NCBI GenBank assembly: GCA_021739635.1
Contig: JAIPBH010000001.1
Span: 105,209 to 169,208, forward strand
DNA from: Flavobacteriaceae bacterium
GTDB lineage: Bacteria > Bacteroidota > Bacteroidia > Flavobacteriales > Flavobacteriaceae
Length of the DNA stretch: 64,000 bases
Direction: 5' to 3'
The position numbers were made by a program, and so were the translations under genes. Shown piece after piece: positions 31,357-40,664 of this stretch. Every line of letters begins with the position of its first letter. Positions within the stretch are counted from its first letter, which is position 1. The notes beneath the pieces were generated by a model. The model was not told the origin of the DNA. It did no database searches and was given only the letters and a program-made list of their open reading frames with translations.

Positions 31357-32321
31357 GCTTCTTCAATAGCATTATCAAATAAATCACTCAAGCTAATCCC
31401 TGCTGCTGCAGCTTGTTGTGGTAAGATGCTTTCTCTTGTTAATCCCGGAACGGTATTTACTTCTAATAAATGAGGTTCTCCATTTTTAAAAATAAATTCA
31501 CTTCTTGAAAAGCCTTTCATTTTTAAAACTTCATAGACCTGTTTGGCCACTTTAGTAACTTTCGTTTCTTCGTCTTTGGTTAATCTGGCTGGAGTAATTT
31601 CTTTTGATTTTCCTTGGTATTTTGCTTCATAATCAAAAAAATCGTTCTCACTTACTATTTCTGTAATAGGTAATACTTTGGTTGCGCCTTTATAGGTTAT
31701 AACGCCAACAGACACTTCTTTTCCATCTAAAAAGGATTCAATAATAATTTCATCATCTTCTTTAAAAGCAATGTCAATGGCATTTTGTAAGTCTTCTTTT
31801 TTATAAACTTTTGAAACGCCAAAACTACTACCAGCTTTATTAGCTTTAACAAAACATGGCAATCCTACTTTTTTAACTATGGTATCTGCATCAATTTTAT
31901 CACCTAAATTTAGGTAATAAGATTCTGCGGTTTTAATACCATATGGTTTTAATGTGCTTATGCAATCACGTTTGTTGTAGGTTAAACTTGCCTGATACAT
32001 ATCACAGCTAGTTTGTGGAATGTTTAGCAATTTAAAATAAGCTTGCATAAATCCGTCTTCGCCTGGAGACCCATGAATAGCATTAAAAACACAGTCAAAG
32101 GTGACTTTTGAGTTGTTTACCGTAACCGAAAAATCGTTTTTATCTATTGTAAATTCATCATTGTTGGTATCAACATAAACCCATTTATCTTTAAAGATAT
32201 GAATTCTATATGGGGTATATTTTGAAGCATCTAAAGTTTCATAAACAACGTTTCCACTTTTTAAGGAGATTTTGTATTCGCTTGAATAGCCTCCCATGAT
32301 AATTGCTATGTTTTTTTTCAT
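31344..32321 (-). CDS. ddl: D-alanine--D-alanine ligase
   Basis: ATP-grasp Ddl sequence (HGSPGEDG, EVNTVPGLT). The last codons (..FDN, TGA) lie in the heptamer array. Confidence 0.9.
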   Translation of the reverse strand: MKKNIAIIMGGYSSEYKISLKSGNVVYETLDASKYTPYRIHIFKDKWVYVDTNNDEFTIDKNDFSVTVNNSKVTFDCVFNAIHGSPGEDGFMQAYFKLLNIPQTSCDMYQASLTYNKRDCISTLKPYGIKTAESYYLNLGDKIDADTIVKKVGLPCFVKANKAGSSFGVSKVYKKEDLQNAIDIAFKEDDEIIIESFLDGKEVSVGVITYKGATKVLPITEIVSENDFFDYEAKYQGKSKEITPARLTKDEETKVTKVAKQVYEVLKMKGFSRSEFIFKNGEPHLLEVNTVPGLTRESILPQQAAAAGISLSDLFDNAIEEAFDN

Positions 32322-32538
32322 GTGTTAAAAAAGTTTCTTAAATCAAATAATTGCTTCTAAAAAAGCGTTCTGTAAAAATATCATTTATTTATTCCAAACG
32401 ACAGCAACTCGAAAAAATTAATTCAACTTTTTTAAACTTTTTTAGGGTAGCTTAACGTATATTATTGAAACTATAATTAAACTAATTAATTTTTAGAAAC
32501 ATAAATTTGTTTAGTTTTGTTAAAACTATTAACTATTC

Positions 32539-33096
32539 ATGAGCCTTATTAAATTTCTTTCAAGTAAAACATTTTTAAAACAAATGATACTAGCTGTTGT
32601 AGCTTTTGCGGTATTAAGTTTTATTCTTTTAAAATGGTTAAACATTTCAACAAATCATGGAAAATTTGAAACGGTTCCTAATCTTACCGGAAAATCAATA
32701 AGTGTGGCTCAAATAGAGCTAGAACAAAATAATTTAGTGATTAAAATACAAGATTCAGCCAATTACAACCCAAAATATCCTAAGTTTTCTGTGATTGAGC
32801 AAGACCCCAAAGCAGGAGCAAAGGTTAAAAAAGACAGAAAAATTTATATCACACTTAATCCGTCTGGTTATAGAAAAATGGCTGTGCCAGATTTAAAAGA
32901 GCGTACTTACAGACAAGCAAAACCAACCTTAGAAGCCATTGGTTTTACCGTTGGTAAAATCACATATATTGATAATATTGGTAAAGACATGGTTTTAGGA
33001 ATGATGTTTAAGGGTAAAGAAATTAAGCCAGGTGAGATGTTACCTAAAACATCTAAAATTGATTTGGTACTTGGTAATGGAAACAGACCAGATTAA
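32539..33096 (+). CDS. PASTA domain-containing membrane protein
   Basis: N-terminal TM helix followed by two PASTA-like repeats (VPNLTGKSISVAQ..., VPDLKERTYRQAK...). Confidence 0.7.
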   Translation: MSLIKFLSSKTFLKQMILAVVAFAVLSFILLKWLNISTNHGKFETVPNLTGKSISVAQIELEQNNLVIKIQDSANYNPKYPKFSVIEQDPKAGAKVKKDRKIYITLNPSGYRKMAVPDLKERTYRQAKPTLEAIGFTVGKITYIDNIGKDMVLGMMFKGKEIKPGEMLPKTSKIDLVLGNGNRPD

Positions 33097-33098
33097 CA

Positions 33099-34142
33099 AT
33101 GGAAGACTATATTGAAAATTTACCAGAAGAGGAAAATGATGACCTCTACGAACATCATTATTTTACGGTAGATAAAGGGCAATCGCCACTTCGTATTGAT
33201 AAATACTTAATGAATCGCATTGAAAATGCAACGCGCAATAAAATTCAAGATGGTGCTAAAAACGGAAGCATTTTTGTAAACGGCACACCTGTAAAATCAA
33301 ATTACAAGGTCAAGCCTTTCGATGTTATTCGTGTATTATTTTCACATCCACCGTATGAAAATTTATTGGTTGGCGAAAACATCCCTTTAGATGTGGTGTA
33401 TGAAGATGAGACCTTGTTGGTAGTCAATAAACCTGCCGGTATGGTGGTGCATCCAGGGCATGGTAATTATTCAGGCACTTTAATTAACGCACTTATTTAC
33501 AGATTTGATAATTTACCAAATAACTCCAGTGACCGTCCGGGACTGGTGCATAGAATAGATAAAGATACCAGCGGACTTTTAGTCATTGCAAAAACCGAGC
33601 AAGCCATGGCACATTTGTCTTTACAGTTTGCAGAAAAAACAAGTGAACGCGAATACGTTGCTATTGTTTGGGGAAATATTGAAGAAGAAGAAGGTACCGT
33701 TGAAGGCAATATTGGCAGACATCCTAAAAACAGATTGCAAAACACAGTGTTTTTTGGTGATGAAGCCGAAAAAGGAAAACCTGCCATTACACATTACAAA
33801 GTTTTAGAACGTTTAGGCTATGTTACCTTAGTGTCATGCAAGTTAGAAACCGGCAGAACACACCAAATACGTGTGCACATGAAACACATAGGCCATACCT
33901 TGTTTAATGATGAGCGTTATGGAGGCGAAAAAATATTAAAAGGAACCACCTTTACCAAGTACAAACAGTTTGTGGAGAATTGTTTTAAGGTGTTACCTAG
34001 GCAAGCTTTGCACGCAAAAACATTGGGGTTTACACATCCAAAAACAGGAAAATTTATGCAATTCAATACAGAAATTCCTGATGATATGCAGCAATGTATT
34101 ACAAAATGGCGCACCTATATTAAGCATCAAGACATAGAGTAG
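33099..34142 (+). CDS. rluD: RluA-family 23S rRNA pseudouridine synthase (RluD-like)
   Basis: S4 domain at the N-terminus, catalytic HRIDKDTSGLL, and GRTHQIRVH. Confidence 0.85.
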   Translation: MEDYIENLPEEENDDLYEHHYFTVDKGQSPLRIDKYLMNRIENATRNKIQDGAKNGSIFVNGTPVKSNYKVKPFDVIRVLFSHPPYENLLVGENIPLDVVYEDETLLVVNKPAGMVVHPGHGNYSGTLINALIYRFDNLPNNSSDRPGLVHRIDKDTSGLLVIAKTEQAMAHLSLQFAEKTSEREYVAIVWGNIEEEEGTVEGNIGRHPKNRLQNTVFFGDEAEKGKPAITHYKVLERLGYVTLVSCKLETGRTHQIRVHMKHIGHTLFNDERYGGEKILKGTTFTKYKQFVENCFKVLPRQALHAKTLGFTHPKTGKFMQFNTEIPDDMQQCITKWRTYIKHQDIE

Positions 34143-34148
34143 TAGTTG

Positions 34149-34225
34149 GGCGTTCCCTTACAGGTCGCGCTTTCGGCAGTCGCTTTTTGCAAAGAGCTCC
34201 AACAAATGCCTCAATCGCTAACGCA
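34149..34225. repeat. possible degenerate copy of a dispersed Bacteroidetes intergenic element
   Basis: GGGCGTTCCCTTACAGGTCGCGCTTTCGGCAGTCGC...ATGCCTCAATCGCTAACGC resembles an element I recall from other Flavobacteria. There is only one copy in this window, so it is unverified. Confidence 0.2.
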
Positions 34226-34336
34226 TTAATGGTACTATAAATTCAATTTATTCATACATTACAAATAATTGTAGTATACATTTTATAATGTTATACAGTA
34301 GTTGTAAATTTGAAACACATATCATTTAACTCCAAT

Positions 34337-35095
34337 ATGAAACTTGTAATATCACCTGCAAAATCACTTGATTTTGAAACTAAATTGCCAACGACTCAGT
34401 CAACTCAAGCTTTATTTTTAAAAGAGTCAGAGCGCATTAATAAAGTGCTAAAAAAGAAATCCGCAAAAAGTTTATCTAAACTTATGAGTATTTCAGAGGC
34501 TTTAGGGCAATTAAATTATGAGCGCAATCAAGAGTGGCAATTGCCTTTTACATCTCATAATTCACGCCAAGCTATTTATGCTTTTAATGGCGATGTGTAC
34601 AGAGGTTTAGATGCTTATACCATTTCTGAAGATAAATTTGAAAATCTTCAAAATACAGTTCGTATTCTTTCTGGGTTATATGGTGTTTTAAAACCTATGG
34701 ATTTAATGCAACCTTATCGATTAGAAATGGGAACCAAGTTACCCATAGGAACACACAAAAACCTTTATCAGTTTTGGAGCAAAACCGTTACTAAAGCTTT
34801 AAATGATGAGCTTGAAACTGGCGAGTTGTTTTTAAACCTTGCAAGTAGTGAATATTTTAAAGTTGTTGATACCAAAAAACTAAAAGTACCAGTTATTCAT
34901 GTTGATTTTAAAGATCTTAATAAAGGCGAATATAAAACTATTGGCATTTTTGCAAAACTAGCCAGAGGTTTAATGACACGGTATATTTTAGATACCAATG
35001 CCAAAACCATAGACGATATAAAAGGCTTTAATTACGAAGGCTACGGTTTTAGCGAACCTATGTCTAAAAATAACACATTAGTGTTTATTAGGTAA
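34337..35095 (+). CDS. yaaA: peroxide stress protein YaaA (DUF328)
   Basis: MKLVISPAKSLDFE N-terminus and overall YaaA-like sequence. ATG 34337 is preferred over TTG 34310. Confidence 0.85.
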   Translation: MKLVISPAKSLDFETKLPTTQSTQALFLKESERINKVLKKKSAKSLSKLMSISEALGQLNYERNQEWQLPFTSHNSRQAIYAFNGDVYRGLDAYTISEDKFENLQNTVRILSGLYGVLKPMDLMQPYRLEMGTKLPIGTHKNLYQFWSKTVTKALNDELETGELFLNLASSEYFKVVDTKKLKVPVIHVDFKDLNKGEYKTIGIFAKLARGLMTRYILDTNAKTIDDIKGFNYEGYGFSEPMSKNNTLVFIR

Positions 35096-35230
35096 TTATT
35101 TTACTTGAGCTTTATTATCAATATCTATTTTATTGTCAACAGAACGTCTTTTTTTTATGCGTGGTCTTCTGCTGCCAAAAGTACCTCGGTTTATTTTTCC
35201 TCGTTTTGTTTTTTTATCGCCTTTCCCCAT
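35096..35230 (-). CDS. 30S ribosomal protein bTHX (44 aa; below the ORF-track size cut-off)
   Basis: My own translation, MGKGDKKTKRGKINRGTFGSRRPRIKKRRSVDNKIDIDNKAQVK, matches the MGKGDKK..RGK..G..G..RP pattern of Bacteroidetes THX. Confidence 0.75.
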   Translation of the reverse strand: MGKGDKKTKRGKINRGTFGSRRPRIKKRRSVDNKIDIDNKAQVK

Positions 35231-35292
35231 AATTTCATGTATTTTTGATAGTTAGTAAACTACAAAAATTTCAAGGAACTAGCAAGTAAACC

Positions 35293-35982
35293 ATGTTTAT
35301 ACACCAACATCCTTATCAACCATTTATAAAAAATGATACGACCAAACTCATTGTTGGTACCTTACCACCACCACGTTTTTCAATGGGAGAATTGCTTGAA
35401 AAAGATGTTAATTTTTGTTATGGCAGTTATTATAATTCTCTGTGGTTATATATTGACAAAATTCATCATTTAAAACTTCGGTTCGATAACTCGCAAGAAG
35501 CCATTTACCAACGTCAAGAATTTTTGATAAACCATAAAATAGGTGTTTGTGATATTGTAGAAAGTTGTGAAAGAGCCAAAATTGATGCCTCAGATTTAGG
35601 CATGCAAAACATCAAACTGCGCAATTTAATTGGGTATTTAAAGAAATACCCAAATATTAATACCCTGTTGTTTACAGGAGGAAATAGCAAAAATGGTCCA
35701 GAATATTTCTTTAGAAAACACATTAAGGAGCATGGAATTAACTTAGAACTGGTTTCAAATGATATTCCACGAATTCACCAATTTGAATTACCCGTCATTG
35801 CGAGTGGAACGAAGCAATCTCAAAAATTATATAGAACAGTCAAAACAGTATCACTAACCTCAGGTTCTGGTGCTGCAAACATATCAATTAGTAAAATGCC
35901 ATTGTATAAACATTTTAAAAGTAAAAATCCTCAATTCAATACCTTCGATTTTAGAGTCATGCAATACCGAGAGTTTTTTTAG
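35293..35982 (+). CDS. uracil-DNA glycosylase superfamily protein (family uncertain)
   Basis: An N-terminal VGTLPPP (motif-A-like) and a C-terminal LTSGSGAAN (motif-B-like) suggest a UDG fold. Contains an inserted hairpin motif (see repeat 35794-35821). Confidence 0.45.
   Translation: MFIHQHPYQPFIKNDTTKLIVGTLPPPRFSMGELLEKDVNFCYGSYYNSLWLYIDKIHHLKLRFDNSQEAIYQRQEFLINHKIGVCDIVESCERAKIDASDLGMQNIKLRNLIGYLKKYPNINTLLFTGGNSKNGPEYFFRKHIKEHGINLELVSNDIPRIHQFELPVIASGTKQSQKLYRTVKTVSLTSGSGAANISISKMPLYKHFKSKNPQFNTFDFRVMQYREFF
35794..35821 (+). repeat. GTCATTGCGAG..CGAAGCAATCTC hairpin motif inside a CDS
   Basis: GTCATTGCGAGTGGAACGAAGCAATCTC read directly. ATTGC/GCAAT forms the stem. It shares both ends with the copy at 44168-44195 (opposite strand). 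Confidence 0.6.
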
Positions 35983-36017
35983 AAGTTTTGTTGAAAGTAA
36001 TTATTTTTTATAAAGCG

Positions 36018-36266
36018 TTACAATTGGTTTCGTTTTTTCAATTCATTTTTAATAGCTTCGTATTTCTTTGGTTTTTTTAAGAATATATAAATTAAATATA
36101 AGGGAATTAACGTAACAAAACCCCAAGAGCTAGCAACAACACTATAAATTAGGATGCCTACCAAAAACCCAATAAAAAAGGCATCTAGTATTGGTGAAGG
36201 TTTGCTACTTTTTAATACCTCGAGCAGCTCCTTGTCAGATAATTGAGATAGGTCTTTCTGGTTCAT
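36018..36266 (-). CDS. small two-TM membrane protein, unknown function
   Basis: ORF with two hydrophobic helices. No recognisable family. Confidence 0.4.
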   Translation of the reverse strand: MNQKDLSQLSDKELLEVLKSSKPSPILDAFFIGFLVGILIYSVVASSWGFVTLIPLYLIYIFLKKPKKYEAIKNELKKRNQL

Positions 36267-36432
36267 AAGGTTTACAGGTCGTTTAGTTTTTTAAATGTAA
36301 CACAGTTGCATCGTTTTTTATAATAGCAGCCAACGGCAAAGCAATCACAAATTCTATTGAAATATAATAAAATTAATGTGTAAAACCATGTTGGTGGTTG
36401 GTGTTATTTATTGTTTGGTAGGGTTAAGTGGG

Positions 36433-36855
36433 TTACTTTTTCTTCTTAAAATTAACTTCAACATTCGGATTTAATCTCTTAATGTCGTTGATAAATTCTA
36501 ACTTTTGTTTTGGTGAAATTATTACGGAGTCAAATTTTCCATAACTTATTTCAAGCCTGTCAAGTGAGGTCGCAGGCGAACTAAGCAAATTGTTTGTCTC
36601 AGTAATTTTTTTAATAGTTTTAATGTCGATAGTTTTATTAAACAAAAAACCACATTTTATGGTTAGTTCGTCACGCGCTATCGTATAGGTTGTTGTTAAA
36701 AACATATACACAACAAATAGTATTACAGGTAAAAGAATTGCAATGCCTATCCAACTTGGTTTTTCTGTTATGGTTTGAGCTAAAACGGCCCCAAATATAA
36801 GAACAAGAGGAATTACTAATTCAAGTCCTATTTTTGAGTGATATATTTTCTTCAT
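36433..36855 (-). CDS. membrane-anchored bacterial PH-domain-like protein
   Basis: Two N-terminal TM helices followed by an ~80-aa region resembling bPH/YdbS-type domains. Confidence 0.5.
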   Translation of the reverse strand: MKKIYHSKIGLELVIPLVLIFGAVLAQTITEKPSWIGIAILLPVILFVVYMFLTTTYTIARDELTIKCGFLFNKTIDIKTIKKITETNNLLSSPATSLDRLEISYGKFDSVIISPKQKLEFINDIKRLNPNVEVNFKKKK

Positions 36856-36903
36856 TTTAAAACGGTCTTTTTTTTAGTGGTAGGTTGTTATACACTATTC
36901 ACT

Positions 36904-37038
36904 AACGGTTTTGTATAAAAATAGTTGCGTTTTTGAGCGAGTCTGATTTTCCTACGGAAAATCAGACTTTACAAACACACAACGACCTTTTATTAAGCAT
37001 TGAGCCGTAATTATTTTTATATGTTGTTGGCAAACGTT
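36904..37038. repeat. 135-bp spacer element bounded by inverted repeats, with a central perfect hairpin
   Basis: The left arm AACGGTTTTGTATAAAAATA and right arm TATTTTTATATGTTGTTGGCAAACGTT are imperfect inverted repeats. A 13-bp perfect stem lies at 36940-36968 (AGTCTGATTTTCC tac GGAAAATCAGACT). Confidence 0.4.
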
Positions 37039-37047
37039 TTTTATCTT

Positions 37048-38007
37048 TTATTCCTTCACAAACTTAAAAGTATTACCATCTTCTAATTTTAAAAAGTACA
37101 TTCCTTTTGTCAAGTTTTGTATGTTTATTTCATCAATAGCAGAGATATTTCCTTTTTTAACAAGTGATCCCAAAGTATTATATATTGAATAATTTTTTAT
37201 TTTAAAAAGTCCCGATAATTTAAAAGTATCCTTTGCTGGATTTGGGTAAAGTCTTATTGTGTTTTTGACTGTAAAATCTAAAACAGAAAGTGTTGAAAAA
37301 TTAACACCTGAAGAAACCCAATTGGAATTTGTTCCAGTTAAAGAAAAATTATTTAATGTAGCATCATTATTAGCAGGTGAACTATCAATTAAAACAGTTA
37401 TGGTTGAATTAGCTCCATTAGCAATACCTTGATTAAAATTATAAGATGCAATTAAATCAGCAGTTGAAATTGGGTTTTCTAAATTCCAATCAGCACCAAT
37501 TTCCATAGGTGTTAGTACACGGTTATAAACTCTTACACCATCAATTTGACCCTTATAAAATCTATTATCGAAACTATGGCCTATTAACCAAGAACCAATA
37601 TTGGTTAAAAAATTTGCTCCTCCAGTTGTTACTGAAGTTTGCTGAACTCCATTAATATATAATTGAATTATATTGCCATCGTATGTGCCAGCAACGTGAT
37701 ACCATTGTCCATCATTTATTGTATACTGTGTTGATGAATAATTACCATTATTTGTTAAAACCCAAAAAGCAATATTATTTCCTGATAATTCTAACGAACA
37801 CATTTGTGAAATAGATAATACCGGAGGAAATGTTTGACTAGCAATGTTTGTCGTATTAATCCAAGCCTCAACTGTAATTGAATTTGTTGAGTTAATTGAA
37901 CCAGCTGGTCCAATGTAATCATCTATTCCATCAAAATCTAATGCATTTTGAGAAGTTATAGTAAAAGAGAATAATAGTACTATAATTGAAGCGTGAATTT
38001 TTTTCAC
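37048..38007 (-). CDS. LamG/concanavalin-A-like lectin domain protein with a T9SS type A C-terminal sorting domain
   Basis: Signal peptide, LamG-like core (WYHVAGTYDG...LYINGV), and C-terminal LYPNPAKD...GMYFLKL CTD. Confidence 0.75.
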   Translation of the reverse strand: MKKIHASIIVLLFSFTITSQNALDFDGIDDYIGPAGSINSTNSITVEAWINTTNIASQTFPPVLSISQMCSLELSGNNIAFWVLTNNGNYSSTQYTINDGQWYHVAGTYDGNIIQLYINGVQQTSVTTGGANFLTNIGSWLIGHSFDNRFYKGQIDGVRVYNRVLTPMEIGADWNLENPISTADLIASYNFNQGIANGANSTITVLIDSSPANNDATLNNFSLTGTNSNWVSSGVNFSTLSVLDFTVKNTIRLYPNPAKDTFKLSGLFKIKNYSIYNTLGSLVKKGNISAIDEINIQNLTKGMYFLKLEDGNTFKFVKE

Positions 38008-38066
38008 AATTAATATGAGTGTTAAATTTTCTATTAGTTTAGCTATTTTTAGTAAAATTTAATCTT

Positions 38067-38813
38067 TTATTCTTTCATAAACTTATAAGTATTTCCATCT
38101 TCTAATTTTAAAAAGTACATTCCTTTTGTCAAGTTTTGTATGTTTATTTCATCATTAGCAGAGATATTTCCTTTTTTAACAAGTGACCCCAAAGTATTAT
38201 ATATTGAAAAATTTTCTGTTTTAAAAAGTCCCGATAATTTAAAAGTATCCTTTGCTGGATTTGGGTAAAGATCAATCGTATTATTGATTGTTACTTCATC
38301 AATTGATAATGTTAATGTTTCAGCAAGTCCAAAAGTATATTGAACCTCATTTGTGTCTCCCGCAAGATATGTTATAGTTAATGTTGTAATAGGATTAGTA
38401 AATTCAATAATTCCATTCCCCCATAAAACTGAATTTAGTTGAGTGCCATTATGGGTAGACATATTGACGCTTCCTTCTAAAATTGTAAAAGGCTGATCAA
38501 AGGAAACCGCAGAAGATCTTAAATATCTACAATAAAGTCTTAAATTTGGTATTGGAGAGTCAAAAGTTACAGTCCAATTACTATCTGCTCGAATCGCAAA
38601 CACAGTAGTATTACCAGTAATAGGTGCATATTCAAATCCTACTCCAGATAAATCTGCTCCACTAGCACGCGTTGCACTATTAGTAAATACAAAAGGCACT
38701 CCAGATAAAGTTCCTGTATTAGTGCCTGTCCAAGAAGCTACTATTTGCTGCGAATGCGATTTAAAGGTAATTGCTAAAATAAAAATTGCTGTGAATAAGT
38801 AAATTTGTTTCAT
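38067..38813 (-). CDS. secreted protein of unknown function with a T9SS type A C-terminal sorting domain
   Basis: Signal peptide. The C-terminal ~70 aa are nearly identical to those of the neighbouring gene. Confidence 0.65.
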   Translation of the reverse strand: MKQIYLFTAIFILAITFKSHSQQIVASWTGTNTGTLSGVPFVFTNSATRASGADLSGVGFEYAPITGNTTVFAIRADSNWTVTFDSPIPNLRLYCRYLRSSAVSFDQPFTILEGSVNMSTHNGTQLNSVLWGNGIIEFTNPITTLTITYLAGDTNEVQYTFGLAETLTLSIDEVTINNTIDLYPNPAKDTFKLSGLFKTENFSIYNTLGSLVKKGNISANDEINIQNLTKGMYFLKLEDGNTYKFMKE

Positions 38814-38853
38814 AAAATTATATTTTTAATATTTGGTTTTTTTAATGTTTGTT

Positions 38854-38942
38854 AACGTTTAGTTTATAATAGAAGCACGTTTTTAAGCACTTCCTTTCGT
38901 ATTTGCACTTTGCCATATTTTTATATACATTGCTTAGCAAAG
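38854..38942. repeat. 89-bp spacer element related to 36904-37038
   Basis: Left AACGTTTAGTTTATAATAGAAGCACGTTTTTAAGC aligns with AACGGTTTTGTATAAAAATAGTTGCGTTTTTGAGC of the other copy. The right arm TATTTTTATATACATTGCTTAGCAAAG is also shared. Confidence 0.35.
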
Positions 38943-38948
38943 TAATTT

Positions 38949-39854
38949 TTAGTTCATATTTCGATATTGTTTGGGACTTATTCCTACTTTGCTCTTGAAA
39001 ACCTTACTAAAATGTTGAGGATATTGAAATCCCAAATTAATTGCTATCTGACTGATAGTGTATTCAGAATTTAATAATCTATTTTTCGCTCTATCTATAA
39101 TATGTAAATGAATGTGTTCGATGATACTTTTCCCAGTTTCTTTTTTAAGTAAATCACTAAGATATTTTCCTGACATTTTTAAATGTTCACCGCAAGCCTC
39201 TATTGATGGTATTCCTTTTTCTAACGGCAAATCAGAACTAAAATACTCGTTTAGATATTTTTCAAATAATATAACGTAATCCTTGTGATGATTTTTTCTT
39301 GTTTGAAACTGCCGGTCAAAATATCGTTGACTGTATTTTAACAAGGATTCAATGTTATGAACAATTATTTTTTCTGTATGGTTGTCAATGTTTTGTTGCA
39401 ATTCATATTCTATCTTTTCAATAATTGTGGCAAGTGCATACTTTTCCTTTTCCGATACTTGCAAAGCTTCGTTACTACCATAATCAAAAAAAGTATATTG
39501 ATAAATGGTATCTGCAAGTTTATGAGATCGAATTAAATCTGGATGAAAAAAAATAGTCCAACCACTTAAATCTGGTTCGATTTCGGTCGTTTGTGATGTG
39601 ATTTGTTTAGGACGCATAAATACCAAGCTGCCTTCTTGAAAATCGTAAGATGTTAAACCGTATTTAAAAGCACATTGAATATTCTCTTTTAAAGAAATAA
39701 AGTATAAGTGATTATTTATACGTATACCATTCCCAAAATTTAAGTTCATATCTTTTGTATGCCTAACAACTGATATTAAAGGGTGATTAGGTTTGTCAAT
39801 ATTCAGTAATCGGTGCATTTCACTAATACTTTTTATATGTAAAATATCTTTCAT
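38949..39854 (-). CDS. AraC-family transcriptional regulator
   Basis: C-terminal double HTH (YTISQIAINLGFQYPQHFSKVFKSKVGISPKQYR). Confidence 0.85.
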   Translation of the reverse strand: MKDILHIKSISEMHRLLNIDKPNHPLISVVRHTKDMNLNFGNGIRINNHLYFISLKENIQCAFKYGLTSYDFQEGSLVFMRPKQITSQTTEIEPDLSGWTIFFHPDLIRSHKLADTIYQYTFFDYGSNEALQVSEKEKYALATIIEKIEYELQQNIDNHTEKIIVHNIESLLKYSQRYFDRQFQTRKNHHKDYVILFEKYLNEYFSSDLPLEKGIPSIEACGEHLKMSGKYLSDLLKKETGKSIIEHIHLHIIDRAKNRLLNSEYTISQIAINLGFQYPQHFSKVFKSKVGISPKQYRNMN

Positions 39855-39959
39855 TATAAATAATCGATTTTAATTAACCCAATACCAAACTTCTTGTTGC
39901 CATTGTTTTGGCGTTTGCACTAGAGACATATTTTAAATATTTGTTTTAGGTCCTAAATA

Positions 39960-40420
39960 CTCAGGGTCTGTTTTATATTTGTTATGATTTTACATTATTT
40001 TGTCTACTTTACTTGCTTTTGCATACACTGCGTATACTCTTCTTGCAAGTCTAATTGCAGTTTCTTGTCCCATTCCTATGGATATTCTAGTGACTAAAAT
40101 TAGTTTCTAATTTTAAGAAAAAGCAAATTTAAAAGCTATTTCAATTTTAAATTGCAATAAAAAACGAAAAAACTAATATATTTTGCTGTTTTTATTTTTA
40201 GGTATTTCAGAATGCTACCAACGATAATTAGAATAATTGAAGGATAAAAACTCAGCATAGATATTATCAATGGGCCTTTTTTGTTTCCTGAGTCAATTAG
40301 TCCAAATGCATCAAGTTCTTATAAAATTAATAAAGGGCCAGTCTCTAAAATGAATATTATTATTCCAAACTTTAATGTTTTATGTAATTTACTCCAAGTT
40401 GATTACATGTTAATTAATTT
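39960..40420 (-). pseudogene. decayed gene fragments (a membrane-protein remnant with in-frame stops and a 3'-terminal fragment)
   Basis: Minus-strand reading gives ..STWSKLHKTLKFGIIIFILETGPLLIL*ELDAFGLIDSGNKKGPLIISMLSFYPSIILIIVGSILKYLK.. with in-frame TAA. A separate tail reads ..VTRISIGMGQETAIRLARRVYAVYAKASKVDKIM*. Confidence 0.3.
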
Positions 40421-40664
40421 TAGTCTAGGTTTACTAATGGTTAGTTTGTGAATTTATGATAATTTTTGGCGAAACATTTGCTTTTACATTTTGTTATATT
40501 CAAAGTTAGTTTTTGTTTACCGTTTCCAAAGTCATTCAGCCATAACATTATCGTTTTACTTGGAGTTAGTCAGAAGTTTTTTTAAAAAAATCGATGTTTT
40601 TTTTAAATCAATATAATTATTATTCGTTTTAAAAATACTTTACACATATTGGTCATAATGTTTG

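Noticed and set aside
31237-31473. The 78-aa plus-strand ORF (..HYQLSIVNYQLSIVNYQLS..).
   Set aside because: It is a translation of the heptamer array and of the antisense strand of the ddl 3' end, so it is an artefact of the repeat being open in one frame.
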